A stretch of 64,000 nt of DNA from the NCBI GenBank assembly GCA_965216465.1, contig CBDCFW010000006.1, forward strand, positions 550,055 to 614,054, in the 5' to 3' direction. This document shows, one piece after another, positions 40,404 to 48,867 of this stretch. Every line of letters begins with the position of its first letter. Within the stretch, counting starts at the first letter, position 1. The notes under the pieces are model-generated. The model was given only the letters and a program-made list of their open reading frames with translations. It was not told the DNA's origin and did no database searches. The position numbers were made by a program, and so were the translations under genes. Source of the DNA: Bacteroidia bacterium (lineage in GTDB: Bacteria; Bacteroidota; Bacteroidia; NS11-12g; UBA9320).

Positions 40404-42488
40404 ATGATGATGTTCAGAAACAAACTATTTATACTATTACCTTTCGTTTTTATTGCTTTTGGATTTTACCTCAAGGCTCAAGACGAAGGCGAAGATATTT
40501 TACTCCGGGCGGTTAATGTTAGCCTTCAAAATGCACACTACGATCCCGTAAAAATAGATGACAATTTCTCTGAAAAAGGTTTCGACTTATATCTCGATAA
40601 CGTTGACCCTAATAAACGATTGTTTTTGAAATCAGATATTGAGGAGATGACCAAACACAAGTACCTTCTCGATGAACAAACGCGAAATGGCACCTATGAG
40701 TTTTTTGATCTTTCGTTAAACATCATCAATCAAAGAACTGCACAAACTGAAAAATTCTTCAATGAAATTTTAGCTCAGCCATTTGATTTTACACAAAATG
40801 AATCGGTTGATTTCAACGATAGTATGCCCTACGCTGCTTCAGAAGACGAATTGTTCAATAGATGGCACAAATATTTGAAATACAATGTGCTAACTCGTTT
40901 GCATTCTGACATCCTCGCACAAGAAAAAGCAGTTGAAAATAACGACTCTGGTTTTGTAGCTCAATCATTCGATTCACTTGAACGCAAGGCACGTAAAGGA
41001 GTGCTTAAAACTCATGTAGATTGGTACAAGCGTCTAAATCGTTTGGAGCGTAAAGATAGACTTGCCGTGTACATCAACAGTTTAACCACTGTTTACGATC
41101 CACATACGAACTACTTCCCTCCTGCAGATAAAGATAATTTCGATATTCAAATGTCAGGAAGGCTGGAAGGAATTGGAGCTCAACTTCAAGATAAAGATGG
41201 CTATATTAGAATTACACGAATTATTCCTGGTGGACCTTCATCATTGCAAGGAGATCTTAAAGCCAATGATTTAATATTGGCTGTTGCACAAGAAGACGAA
41301 GATCCTGTTGATATAGTAGATTGGCGAATTGATGATGCCGTTAAATTGATTCGAGGGAAAAAAGGAACTAAGGTTACACTAACCGTACGTAAGCCTGACG
41401 GGGCAGAACAAGATGTCACTATTACCAGAGACATTGTTGTACTTGAAGAAACCTACGCAAAATCGTTGATTATCAACGATGTAGATAATTTAAAGTCTGG
41501 ATATATCTTCCTTCCTAGCTTCTATGCAGACTTTAGAAATCCTGCAGGAAGATTTAGTTGGAAAGATGTTAAAGCAGAGGTTGAAAAACTAAAAGCTGCT
41601 GGAGTACAAGGCATTATTCTAGACTTAAGAAACAATGGGGGCGGTTCACTCGATGATGTAGTGAAAATGGCCGGATTGTTTATCGACGAAGGACCAATTG
41701 TACAAGTAAAAGAAAAAGGTAGAAAAGCTCATGTGCTCGAAGATCGTAGATCTGGAGCTGAATGGGAAGGAGCACTGGTAATCATGGTTAATGAATTTAG
41801 TGCTTCTGCTTCTGAGATTATGGCTGCTGCAATGCAAGACTATAATCGAGCAGTAATCATTGGATCGTCTTCTACACATGGTAAAGGCACCGTTCAACGC
41901 TTTTTACCTCTTAATCAGACGCTGAGAAGTAAAAACATCCCAGATTTAGGAAGTGTAAAATTAACTATCCAAAAGTTCTATAGAATTAATGGCGATGCCA
42001 CCCAACTTAAAGGTGTAAGCTCAGATGTTCTGTTGCCTGACAACTACATGTACTTGGAAACAGGTGAAAAAGAGCACGATTACCCCATGGAGTGGGATCA
42101 AATCTCAAGCTCAAGCTACGATAGTAGAGGCTATAGCGTACCAAACAGAGTAATTAAAAAGAGTAAGGCAAGAGTTTCTGCAAATGAAACATTCAAGCTC
42201 ATAGAAGAAAATGCTCAACGTTGGGAAGCTCAAAGAGAATCAACTTCTTACTCACTTAACTTCGAAGAGTATAAGTCTAATGAAGCAAAAGAAAAGGAAG
42301 AAGGAGAAAAATATAAGGCCATAGGAAAAGAACCTATTCCTGATTTCACTGTGGTTAATGTTCCTAGTGATGAAGAAGAGATCAACAAAGAAGAATCTCG
42401 TAAAAAAAGAAATGAAGAATGGATTAAAGGAGTACAAAAAGATCCTTACATCTATGAGGCTCTTCAAATCATTGAAGACTGGAATTAA
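40404..42488 (+). CDS. S41 family carboxy-terminal processing peptidase
   Basis: 694 aa. Signal anchor, PDZ-like region (ITRIIPGGPSSLQG). S41 catalytic motifs NNGGGSL, SASASEI, HGKGTVQ. Confidence 0.88.
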   Translation: MMMFRNKLFILLPFVFIAFGFYLKAQDEGEDILLRAVNVSLQNAHYDPVKIDDNFSEKGFDLYLDNVDPNKRLFLKSDIEEMTKHKYLLDEQTRNGTYEFFDLSLNIINQRTAQTEKFFNEILAQPFDFTQNESVDFNDSMPYAASEDELFNRWHKYLKYNVLTRLHSDILAQEKAVENNDSGFVAQSFDSLERKARKGVLKTHVDWYKRLNRLERKDRLAVYINSLTTVYDPHTNYFPPADKDNFDIQMSGRLEGIGAQLQDKDGYIRITRIIPGGPSSLQGDLKANDLILAVAQEDEDPVDIVDWRIDDAVKLIRGKKGTKVTLTVRKPDGAEQDVTITRDIVVLEETYAKSLIINDVDNLKSGYIFLPSFYADFRNPAGRFSWKDVKAEVEKLKAAGVQGIILDLRNNGGGSLDDVVKMAGLFIDEGPIVQVKEKGRKAHVLEDRRSGAEWEGALVIMVNEFSASASEIMAAAMQDYNRAVIIGSSSTHGKGTVQRFLPLNQTLRSKNIPDLGSVKLTIQKFYRINGDATQLKGVSSDVLLPDNYMYLETGEKEHDYPMEWDQISSSSYDSRGYSVPNRVIKKSKARVSANETFKLIEENAQRWEAQRESTSYSLNFEEYKSNEAKEKEEGEKYKAIGKEPIPDFTVVNVPSDEEEINKEESRKKRNEEWIKGVQKDPYIYEALQIIEDWN

Positions 42489-42512
42489 TTCTCAACTAAA
42501 ATATTGAAGCCC

Positions 42513-42544
42513 CCCCAAAGCTTTGGGGATGGGAGGACCTTTTT
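42513..42544 (+). terminator. Hairpin/terminator after the S41 peptidase gene
   Basis: Perfect 16-nt palindrome CCCCAAAGCTTTGGGG (42513-42528) preceded by extra Cs. The T5 run (42540-42544) is 11 nt downstream, so the geometry is imperfect. Confidence 0.5.
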
Positions 42545-42621
42545 GTATCTGGTCATTTCAGTTATAACGATTATAAATTCACTTTTCTCGTTTGCATCAC
42601 GTGAATTTTCAAGGGTTTGAT

Positions 42622-42629
42622 TAAATTTG
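42622..42629 (+). promoter_or_regulatory. -7 box TAAATTTG for the uncharacterised AAA+ operon
   Basis: Exact TAnnTTTG match with 25 nt separating it from the ATG at 42655. No good -33 TTTG at consensus spacing. The palindrome TCACGTGA sits at 42597-42604. Confidence 0.45.
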
Positions 42630-42654
42630 GGCAACTAATATTTTAAAACAAACT

Positions 42655-44019
42655 ATGTCAGATTCCTTTGATTTACTTGACCAACTAGGGGACCAAGAAA
42701 AAGTAGAAGCTCTAAAAGCAAAAATTGAAAAAAAGACCAGCACAGATATCTCGTCTAAGCTGGACAAAATTGAACAAGAAATAGAAAAAGCAGTTGAAGA
42801 AAATCGCTCAACTGAAGATATCGTTTCGGGCATTATCAATGCCAATTTTGAAACATTAAATGGAGATGTAAATGCTACTGAAGCTGATCTTCAAGAATTG
42901 ATGCTCCACCTGAGATCGATGCTCGATAGTTGTGGGGGTGAATTTGCCAACTTACAAGAGTTGAATGATTCAGAATTAAAACTTATTGATAAGGCGACTA
43001 AAGCTCGTGAAGTTGCTGAAAAAGAAGCTAGCGATGCAGAGTCGATGTCAAATGCATGGAATATCCTGTTTGGGTACAAGAACCGCAAGGTAAAAGCCAC
43101 AAAAACCGATCTTACTAAAAAAATTGAGTTGTTAAAAGCTGCTGAAGCAGAGGCCCAAAGAAGATATCGTGAGCGTTTAAAAAATGCGGATATTGGTGAA
43201 AGTTTAAATCGAATCATTAGCCAAGTTCAAGGCATGGTTGGCATCGTAGAAAACATGATTGTTGATGTTGATGGCCAAATCGGTGCGTTGAAAAATCGTA
43301 AAGAGCTTGCATTCGATACCAAAGAGAAAGCAGCTCGAATAATGGAAGAGCGTAAAACAGACCTGGATGATGTTGAAGTTAAACTCAAAAGTGCTGAAGC
43401 CGAGTTAACAGAGTTAGCCAATAACAGCCCTGAGTACACCGAGCAAGAAAAGAAGATTGCAGATCTTAAAGAGATGCGTGCGAACCTTAAAGGTAAATTC
43501 AATATTGCTTTGGGTATTTTCCAGTCTAAAGAAAGATTCGTTGATCAAATTGTGGTTCACTTAGAAGCACAAACTACAACTAAGAATAACCTGAAACAAT
43601 TAATTGGACAACTGAAGAGTGACACCGAAGAAAGGGTTACAACTTACGAATCAGGCTTACAGCTTATCCAATCAGCAACTGCACAAGAAGCCGCTTCAAT
43701 GTATGAAGAAGCAGGGGTTAAAACCGATCAGAAGATTACTGAAATTGCGGCTAAAGTTCTTGTTGGTTCTGAAAAAGATAGAATTGAGCGTGTGAAGAAA
43801 CATCCTCAAAGAATGACTGAATTGCATAAGGTTCTTGTTGCCATGGCTGAAGCTACCGCAAAATATAAGGAAGAGGATGCAAAGCTAATGGAGGAACACA
43901 GCAAAAAATTTGGAATTAATGTAACTGAAACATTCTCTTCAAGCTACGAAGGCAAGGCAGATACGCCAACTGAAGAGTCAAAAGGAAATGACAACTCTGT
44001 AGATAATTTAATGGATTAA
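42655..44019 (+). CDS. Hypothetical soluble all-helical/coiled-coil protein (operon gene A)
   Basis: 454 aa. K/E/A/L-rich heptad-like stretches (EKVEALKAKIEKK; KIELLKAAEAEAQRRYRERLK; VEVKLKSAEAELTELAN). No TM, signal peptide or catalytic motif. Its length and helical layout are vaguely TelA/YaaN-like, but I cannot verify this. Confidence 0.6.
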   Translation: MSDSFDLLDQLGDQEKVEALKAKIEKKTSTDISSKLDKIEQEIEKAVEENRSTEDIVSGIINANFETLNGDVNATEADLQELMLHLRSMLDSCGGEFANLQELNDSELKLIDKATKAREVAEKEASDAESMSNAWNILFGYKNRKVKATKTDLTKKIELLKAAEAEAQRRYRERLKNADIGESLNRIISQVQGMVGIVENMIVDVDGQIGALKNRKELAFDTKEKAARIMEERKTDLDDVEVKLKSAEAELTELANNSPEYTEQEKKIADLKEMRANLKGKFNIALGIFQSKERFVDQIVVHLEAQTTTKNNLKQLIGQLKSDTEERVTTYESGLQLIQSATAQEAASMYEEAGVKTDQKITEIAAKVLVGSEKDRIERVKKHPQRMTELHKVLVAMAEATAKYKEEDAKLMEEHSKKFGINVTETFSSSYEGKADTPTEESKGNDNSVDNLMD

Positions 44020-44033
44020 CGCAGAGCATATAG

Positions 44034-45131
44034 GTGAAACCAATTGACATAAATAATCATTTTACGTCCTTAGACCGAAGTGTCTTGGACGGAGAAAATG
44101 CCTATACTGCCTATTTCGGATATGTAAAAAATGCCTTAGATATTCTCTTAAGCTCATTTAACAGAATTCCAAGTCATAATCCTTTAGAGGTGGTTATGCT
44201 TAAGAAGTTTGCTCAAAAATTCTTGCATACCATTGAAGCCTTTCGGTTGAAGTATAACTTCGACGAGAATCAATCGATGTTGGTTGATTTAACGGAAAGT
44301 AGTTTTCCTAATTTCTTAGAATTTAAACGGTTACAAGATGACTTGCACAAACGTGAGGCTCAGCTGAAGTCACTTCCGAACAAGGACACATTAAAGCAGA
44401 ATATTTTAGATGCACTAATTCGAAATCATAAAGATCCGAATCGACTGCTTCAGCAGCTGAGTAAACGCAACTATTATTCGAGTTTAGAAATACATAAACT
44501 GTTTTTTGAGTTTACTCCTGGTAAAATTGAGTTAATCAAACAGCACGATGATAAAGAAGAAACAAGAACCTACTTTTATTCTTGGGCTTCTTTTGACAGT
44601 GTTACCAACAAACCTTATGTATACACAATGGTGTTTGACAATCCAACCAACACCAAGCATAGCGGTGGCGACATCAAGCGAGACCATGACTTTATCGAGG
44701 TCATAAAACGATGTACACACAACAGCGCACCGCTAAAAGTGGTTGCATCAGATATTGATAATTCATACGAGAATATCTACCCAAAAGTGCTTAAACGAAT
44801 TGAGTTGGGTCCAATTTATGGGAAGTATAGCCAAGACAAACATCCCTTTACGCTTATGCTTCGAAATCATTTTTCGGAAGAAGATTTCATTTTAACCTAT
44901 CAAACCGAAATTGTTTTCTCGGTAGGTCAAAAGCGAACTTCCTCATTTCTATCGAAGGGTGAATTGAGACAAGTATTTCATGTTGACGAGTCAAATAAAG
45001 ACTGCATGGAAAAAATGATATCTCAACTCGACAAATATATGATTACCTCGCATCGCGTACTGCAATACATTAACGATACTCAGCCAGAGGCATTAAAAGA
45101 ACTTACTGTTCCTGCCTACGTATATAATTGA
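44034..45131 (+). CDS. Hypothetical protein (operon gene B)
   Basis: 365 aa. GTG start 14 nt after the gene A stop. Soluble. No recognised motif. Confidence 0.55.
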   Translation: MKPIDINNHFTSLDRSVLDGENAYTAYFGYVKNALDILLSSFNRIPSHNPLEVVMLKKFAQKFLHTIEAFRLKYNFDENQSMLVDLTESSFPNFLEFKRLQDDLHKREAQLKSLPNKDTLKQNILDALIRNHKDPNRLLQQLSKRNYYSSLEIHKLFFEFTPGKIELIKQHDDKEETRTYFYSWASFDSVTNKPYVYTMVFDNPTNTKHSGGDIKRDHDFIEVIKRCTHNSAPLKVVASDIDNSYENIYPKVLKRIELGPIYGKYSQDKHPFTLMLRNHFSEEDFILTYQTEIVFSVGQKRTSSFLSKGELRQVFHVDESNKDCMEKMISQLDKYMITSHRVLQYINDTQPEALKELTVPAYVYN

Positions 45132-45132
45132 T

Positions 45133-47094
45133 ATGGAAAAACAAGAATCATCATTACTCAAAATAAAAGAAGAAGACTTATTAGAATATAAGGATGAAGT
45201 AACGGGATACCTCAAAACGGTAAGCTGGAAACCCGATCATAAAAACTCGAATCAAAGTATTGATTTGAATTTTTTAAGTGATGTAACAAAGGCTCTCGAT
45301 ATTCAGAAAGAAGATGAGATTTCGATTATGAAAGCCGCAATTCGCATTAGCAATGACCGGGTAATCCTTTCAAACCAATCGAACCACGTACTTAATGCCA
45401 TTCGAACGGGGTTTTGTATTGGTAAATATGTTGCCTCGCTCTATTCTGATACCAGCGGATTAGAATTGCTGCATCAAAAGAATGTAAGTGGTTCGCTCCA
45501 CCAATCTGAATTGCCTGAATTTCATGATAAGAGTCAAACACAGTCGGCTATTTTACTGTATAGTGCTGCCTCTTATATCAAATTTACATTGCAGGACTAT
45601 CTGGCAGATGAAGTGTCGTCTATTCAAATCGACTTCGGGGGAATTCCTCAAGTAAGTTTAACACGACCAACAAAGGCCATCAAGTGTGCTTTGTATTACT
45701 ATGCGGCATACCTTGAAAAGTCAGGAATTGTAAAAACTGATCTACACTTCATAAAAATGACCTTGCTCTATTTCGAGCGGTTAATGGAAGAGATTCAGCT
45801 TCGTAAGAATGCGTTAAAATACACGACCGTATTTTCTGATAATCACTACAAACTTGAGAATTCTGAGTTTGTAATTCAAGGGTTTGAACAAGCCTCTTTA
45901 GCAAGTGTTAAAGGAATGCAATTCAATCCAATCAGAATGGAGCAAATTGTATCGAACAAACAAGCTAAGCACATGTTTAAGCGCTATGCGGATCGATTAA
46001 TGTGCTTTGACTTTGAGGCGAAGAAAAATCCGATGAATGAATTGGGAGGACTTCCTTCAATCACTATGGCAGATGGTAAGCCAGGTACAGGAAAAAGTAT
46101 GCTTATCGCGGCAACAGCAACCTTACTGCAGGAACGATGCGATCAGCTTGGTCACAACTTTTTATTTTGGCCTCTTCCTGAAAATATTGTTTCTACTTTT
46201 CAAGGTGGAACTGCAGAAAGAGCCATGGAATGGTTTAAACCCATGCAGGACACCAACAAAATTGTATTTGCACCTATCGACGACGCCGAAAACAATCTTG
46301 AAGAAAGAACCAGACAAGGAGTTTCGGCTGGTGTTAGGGAATTTATCGGAGTGTTTTTAAGGAATACAGAAGGGGCTTACGCAGTAAACAATGGAAACCG
46401 ATTAATCAGCTTGTTCACTAACATCCCAGACCAAATTGATAAAGCTGTACTCTCCAGAATCCAAATGAGAATCTCGATGGAAGGTGCATCAGATAAGTAC
46501 GACTTTATTGACCAAGACTACCTCTGGTGGAATAAATATGCTCAACTCGATCAGAATTTCATTGACAATACCGATCCTTCGAGTTATACCTACATGGAAG
46601 CTCAAAAATCTGTTAATTCAATTAACGATTTACTCAGCGACAAGTACAAATTCACCAATGATAAGGTAAAAGACATTTACAAGGATTGCTTAGATGATGT
46701 AGATATCAATTCGCATGAATTTTTTGGTGTTTTTTACAGTGAGATTTTAAAGCAATATCCATTTTTCTCTTCTCGTGACCTTCGAAACATTCAGAAGGCT
46801 GTTGATGCTCGATTGATCGATTTTGATTTGCCAGAAGTGTGGTGGGAGAATCACGATGATTTCTTTAACAAAAATTATGACGACAAGTTGGTCATTCTTA
46901 AAGAACTGATGAAGGAAAACATGAAAGGAGCATCGTTTAGTCAAGTTCGCGTATTTGAAGCATTGAACTACATCGAAAATGCCATACGAATTAATGAAAC
47001 TGGCATAAATAGAGACATCAAAGAGCGTGCGAAACAGATGTATATTCAAGAACAAGCAAGTAAAAAGTTAAGAAGCGGAGAGATACATGATTAA
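45133..47094 (+). CDS. Classical-clade AAA+ ATPase with ~300-aa unknown N-terminal domain (operon gene C)
   Basis: ATG 1 nt after the gene B stop. Walker A GKPGTGKS (46075-46098). Walker B-like IVFAPIDDAE (46261-46290). Sensor-1/second-region-of-homology LFTNIPDQIDKAVLSRIQMRI (46411-46473), which parallels the TNxPxxLDxAxxRRF pattern of FtsH/Vps4/katanin-type AAA. Confidence 0.85.
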   Translation: MEKQESSLLKIKEEDLLEYKDEVTGYLKTVSWKPDHKNSNQSIDLNFLSDVTKALDIQKEDEISIMKAAIRISNDRVILSNQSNHVLNAIRTGFCIGKYVASLYSDTSGLELLHQKNVSGSLHQSELPEFHDKSQTQSAILLYSAASYIKFTLQDYLADEVSSIQIDFGGIPQVSLTRPTKAIKCALYYYAAYLEKSGIVKTDLHFIKMTLLYFERLMEEIQLRKNALKYTTVFSDNHYKLENSEFVIQGFEQASLASVKGMQFNPIRMEQIVSNKQAKHMFKRYADRLMCFDFEAKKNPMNELGGLPSITMADGKPGTGKSMLIAATATLLQERCDQLGHNFLFWPLPENIVSTFQGGTAERAMEWFKPMQDTNKIVFAPIDDAENNLEERTRQGVSAGVREFIGVFLRNTEGAYAVNNGNRLISLFTNIPDQIDKAVLSRIQMRISMEGASDKYDFIDQDYLWWNKYAQLDQNFIDNTDPSSYTYMEAQKSVNSINDLLSDKYKFTNDKVKDIYKDCLDDVDINSHEFFGVFYSEILKQYPFFSSRDLRNIQKAVDARLIDFDLPEVWWENHDDFFNKNYDDKLVILKELMKENMKGASFSQVRVFEALNYIENAIRINETGINRDIKERAKQMYIQEQASKKLRSGEIHD

Positions 47095-48193
47095 GCTTGT
47101 ACAAAACGGACTTTTTGGTAACAACCTGTATTCGGTTGATAGTCCTCCTATGGTTAAACGATACAATGAATGCTTGGAGGATATTGGTTTACAAAAAACG
47201 AAGCTTAAAAAGTTTCATATTGATGGCTGGGGATGGAGCCCAGAAATAGCTGAAGAGCAAAAAAATCGATTCTATTTGTCACATGGCTTAGCCAATCCAT
47301 TTGGGGTCATAATTTCACCTAAGCAGCAAAACGCTCCAATCTACATGCCGTTTCATAGCTTCGACCGAGAAATTCATAAATACATTTTTAAAACATATAG
47401 TCAACAGATTGAAGATATCACAGCCACTTGTGGATTGTGGTTCGAATTGGATCAAGAAATCTCAGCCTACCGTTCACCTCAAGATTTGTTAATGGTAGAT
47501 TATATCAATGTCAATTTCTATTCGGTAGATCGAATCATGACTGCGGCAAGAGAACAAAGAGCATTGATTAGAGAGTTTCATGATGTGCCTCAAGCTTGGT
47601 CAAACGATGAATTGAGATTGAAGATTATAGAAAGCAGTCAAAAATATGGGGATCTTAGGTTCCGAAAATTTGAAATCCCAAAGGTTCCGTTTAGTGCGGT
47701 AGAAAATTATTATACCCTAGGATTTAACGGGTTATACATTCTCAAAGGAAAGGGAAATGAGAAACCACTTTTAATCTTTAAAGATAACAGCTCAAAAGTT
47801 TCAGGTCAATTGGATAATTCGCACATTGAATTTAACATAGACGACCCTGGACTTTTAAGTTATTTATACAATAAATCGTTGATTTCCAACGATATTGACT
47901 TGTTTACAGATCACCCTAGCTTGATTGAAATCATGAAAGATTTCTTTCTCGTTAAGGCGGCTGTTGAACATAACGAAAAGGTTGAATTTAAAGACTTAAA
48001 TACAGTACAAAAGAAGGGTTTGGTTAACAGAATGTTACAAGAAGAACTACTGTCTGATGTTTACTTCGAATTGGAACGCTTGCTAAGTGCGTTGCAAAAG
48101 CAAGAGCAATTGGACCGATACATAACAAGCGAAACATTGCAACCTTATTTGTTGCATCCTCACCCTAGTTTATCAACCCAAGAAAGCGGGTAA
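47087..48193 (+). CDS. Hypothetical protein (operon gene D), possibly frameshifted near its 3' end
   Basis: 368 aa. Its ATG overlaps the ATPase stop (ATGATTAA). No recognised motif. A protein-like frame continues in the -1 frame from 48190 to 48360. Confidence 0.55.
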   Translation: MIKLVQNGLFGNNLYSVDSPPMVKRYNECLEDIGLQKTKLKKFHIDGWGWSPEIAEEQKNRFYLSHGLANPFGVIISPKQQNAPIYMPFHSFDREIHKYIFKTYSQQIEDITATCGLWFELDQEISAYRSPQDLLMVDYINVNFYSVDRIMTAAREQRALIREFHDVPQAWSNDELRLKIIESSQKYGDLRFRKFEIPKVPFSAVENYYTLGFNGLYILKGKGNEKPLLIFKDNSSKVSGQLDNSHIEFNIDDPGLLSYLYNKSLISNDIDLFTDHPSLIEIMKDFFLVKAAVEHNEKVEFKDLNTVQKKGLVNRMLQEELLSDVYFELERLLSALQKQEQLDRYITSETLQPYLLHPHPSLSTQESG

Positions 48194-48231
48194 TTTGGCA
48201 CTTGTTGTGTAACATCAATGCACATTCACCA

Positions 48232-48360
48232 ATGCTTACGTACTTGTTCGACAAACCTTCTTTCTACACCGCATATACTTCATGGCCGAAACAAGTACAG
48301 GTTTGGATCATTGAAAATATACTTCGACACAAAGAAATTTATAACGACTTAATGAACTAA
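48232..48360 (+). CDS. Unannotated 42-codon ORF, or the displaced C-terminal 56 codons (from 48190) of gene D
   Basis: Below the ORF-track cutoff. The frame is open from 48169 to 48360 and reads ...VIWHLLCNINAHSPMLTYLFDKPSFYTAYTSWPKQVQVWIIENILRHKEIYNDLMN. The stop TAA (48358-48360) is 2 nt before the next ATG (48363). Confidence 0.35.
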   Translation: MLTYLFDKPSFYTAYTSWPKQVQVWIIENILRHKEIYNDLMN

Positions 48361-48362
48361 TC

Positions 48363-48770
48363 ATGGATATTTTAATTTCACTCTTAATTGGATTTGCACT
48401 TGGTATTGTTTTCTTCATCTGGGATAACAAGAAAGGTAAAAAATGGCATCGTAGGTGGTATGACCTAAGTCACAAAACACCTTTGGCTGAAGATTCAGAG
48501 GATAGCTTTATTGTTAATCAGCCCTTCTCTAAGAAATTGATTCCGGCAGTGATTATTACCATTCTGTTTAGTTACGTGACATGGTCATTTGGTGACATCA
48601 ATCCAATTCTGGCGATAATTTCTTCCTTAATTATGCTGGTAGCTGTACTGATTGGGTTTTATGTTGGTCCATTCATGAGCAGAACTGTACCTAAAGGTTT
48701 AAATGAAGCAAACAAAACATTAAAAAAAGCTGGATGCGTTGGAGCAAGATATACTTCAAGACCAACCTGA
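48363..48770 (+). CDS. Small 3-TM membrane protein (operon gene E); the frame probably continues to 48864 across an A7 run
   Basis: TM segments ILISLLIGFALGIVFFIW, LIPAVIITILFSYVTWSF, ILAIISSLIMLVAVLIGFYVGPF. The +1 frame opens exactly inside A7 (48722-48728) and encodes a 46-aa charged tail ending 3 nt before the next ATG. Confidence 0.6.
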   Translation: MDILISLLIGFALGIVFFIWDNKKGKKWHRRWYDLSHKTPLAEDSEDSFIVNQPFSKKLIPAVIITILFSYVTWSFGDINPILAIISSLIMLVAVLIGFYVGPFMSRTVPKGLNEANKTLKKAGCVGARYTSRPT

Positions 48771-48867
48771 AAAAGAGGTCATTGAAATTAAGCCTAAGGA
48801 CGAAAATGAGCCCAAAAAAGATGATGATTGGAGAAAAGGAGTTAAAGACTTTTTAGATAAGTAAACT

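Noticed and set aside
42655-47094. ESCRT-III/Vps4-like or PspA-like pairing of the coiled-coil protein with the AAA+ ATPase
   Set aside because: Gene A is about twice the length of ESCRT-III/PspA proteins. I can point to no conserved ESCRT-III or PspA helix pattern, and no MIT domain is recognisable by eye in the ATPase. It is kept only as something for profile searches to test.
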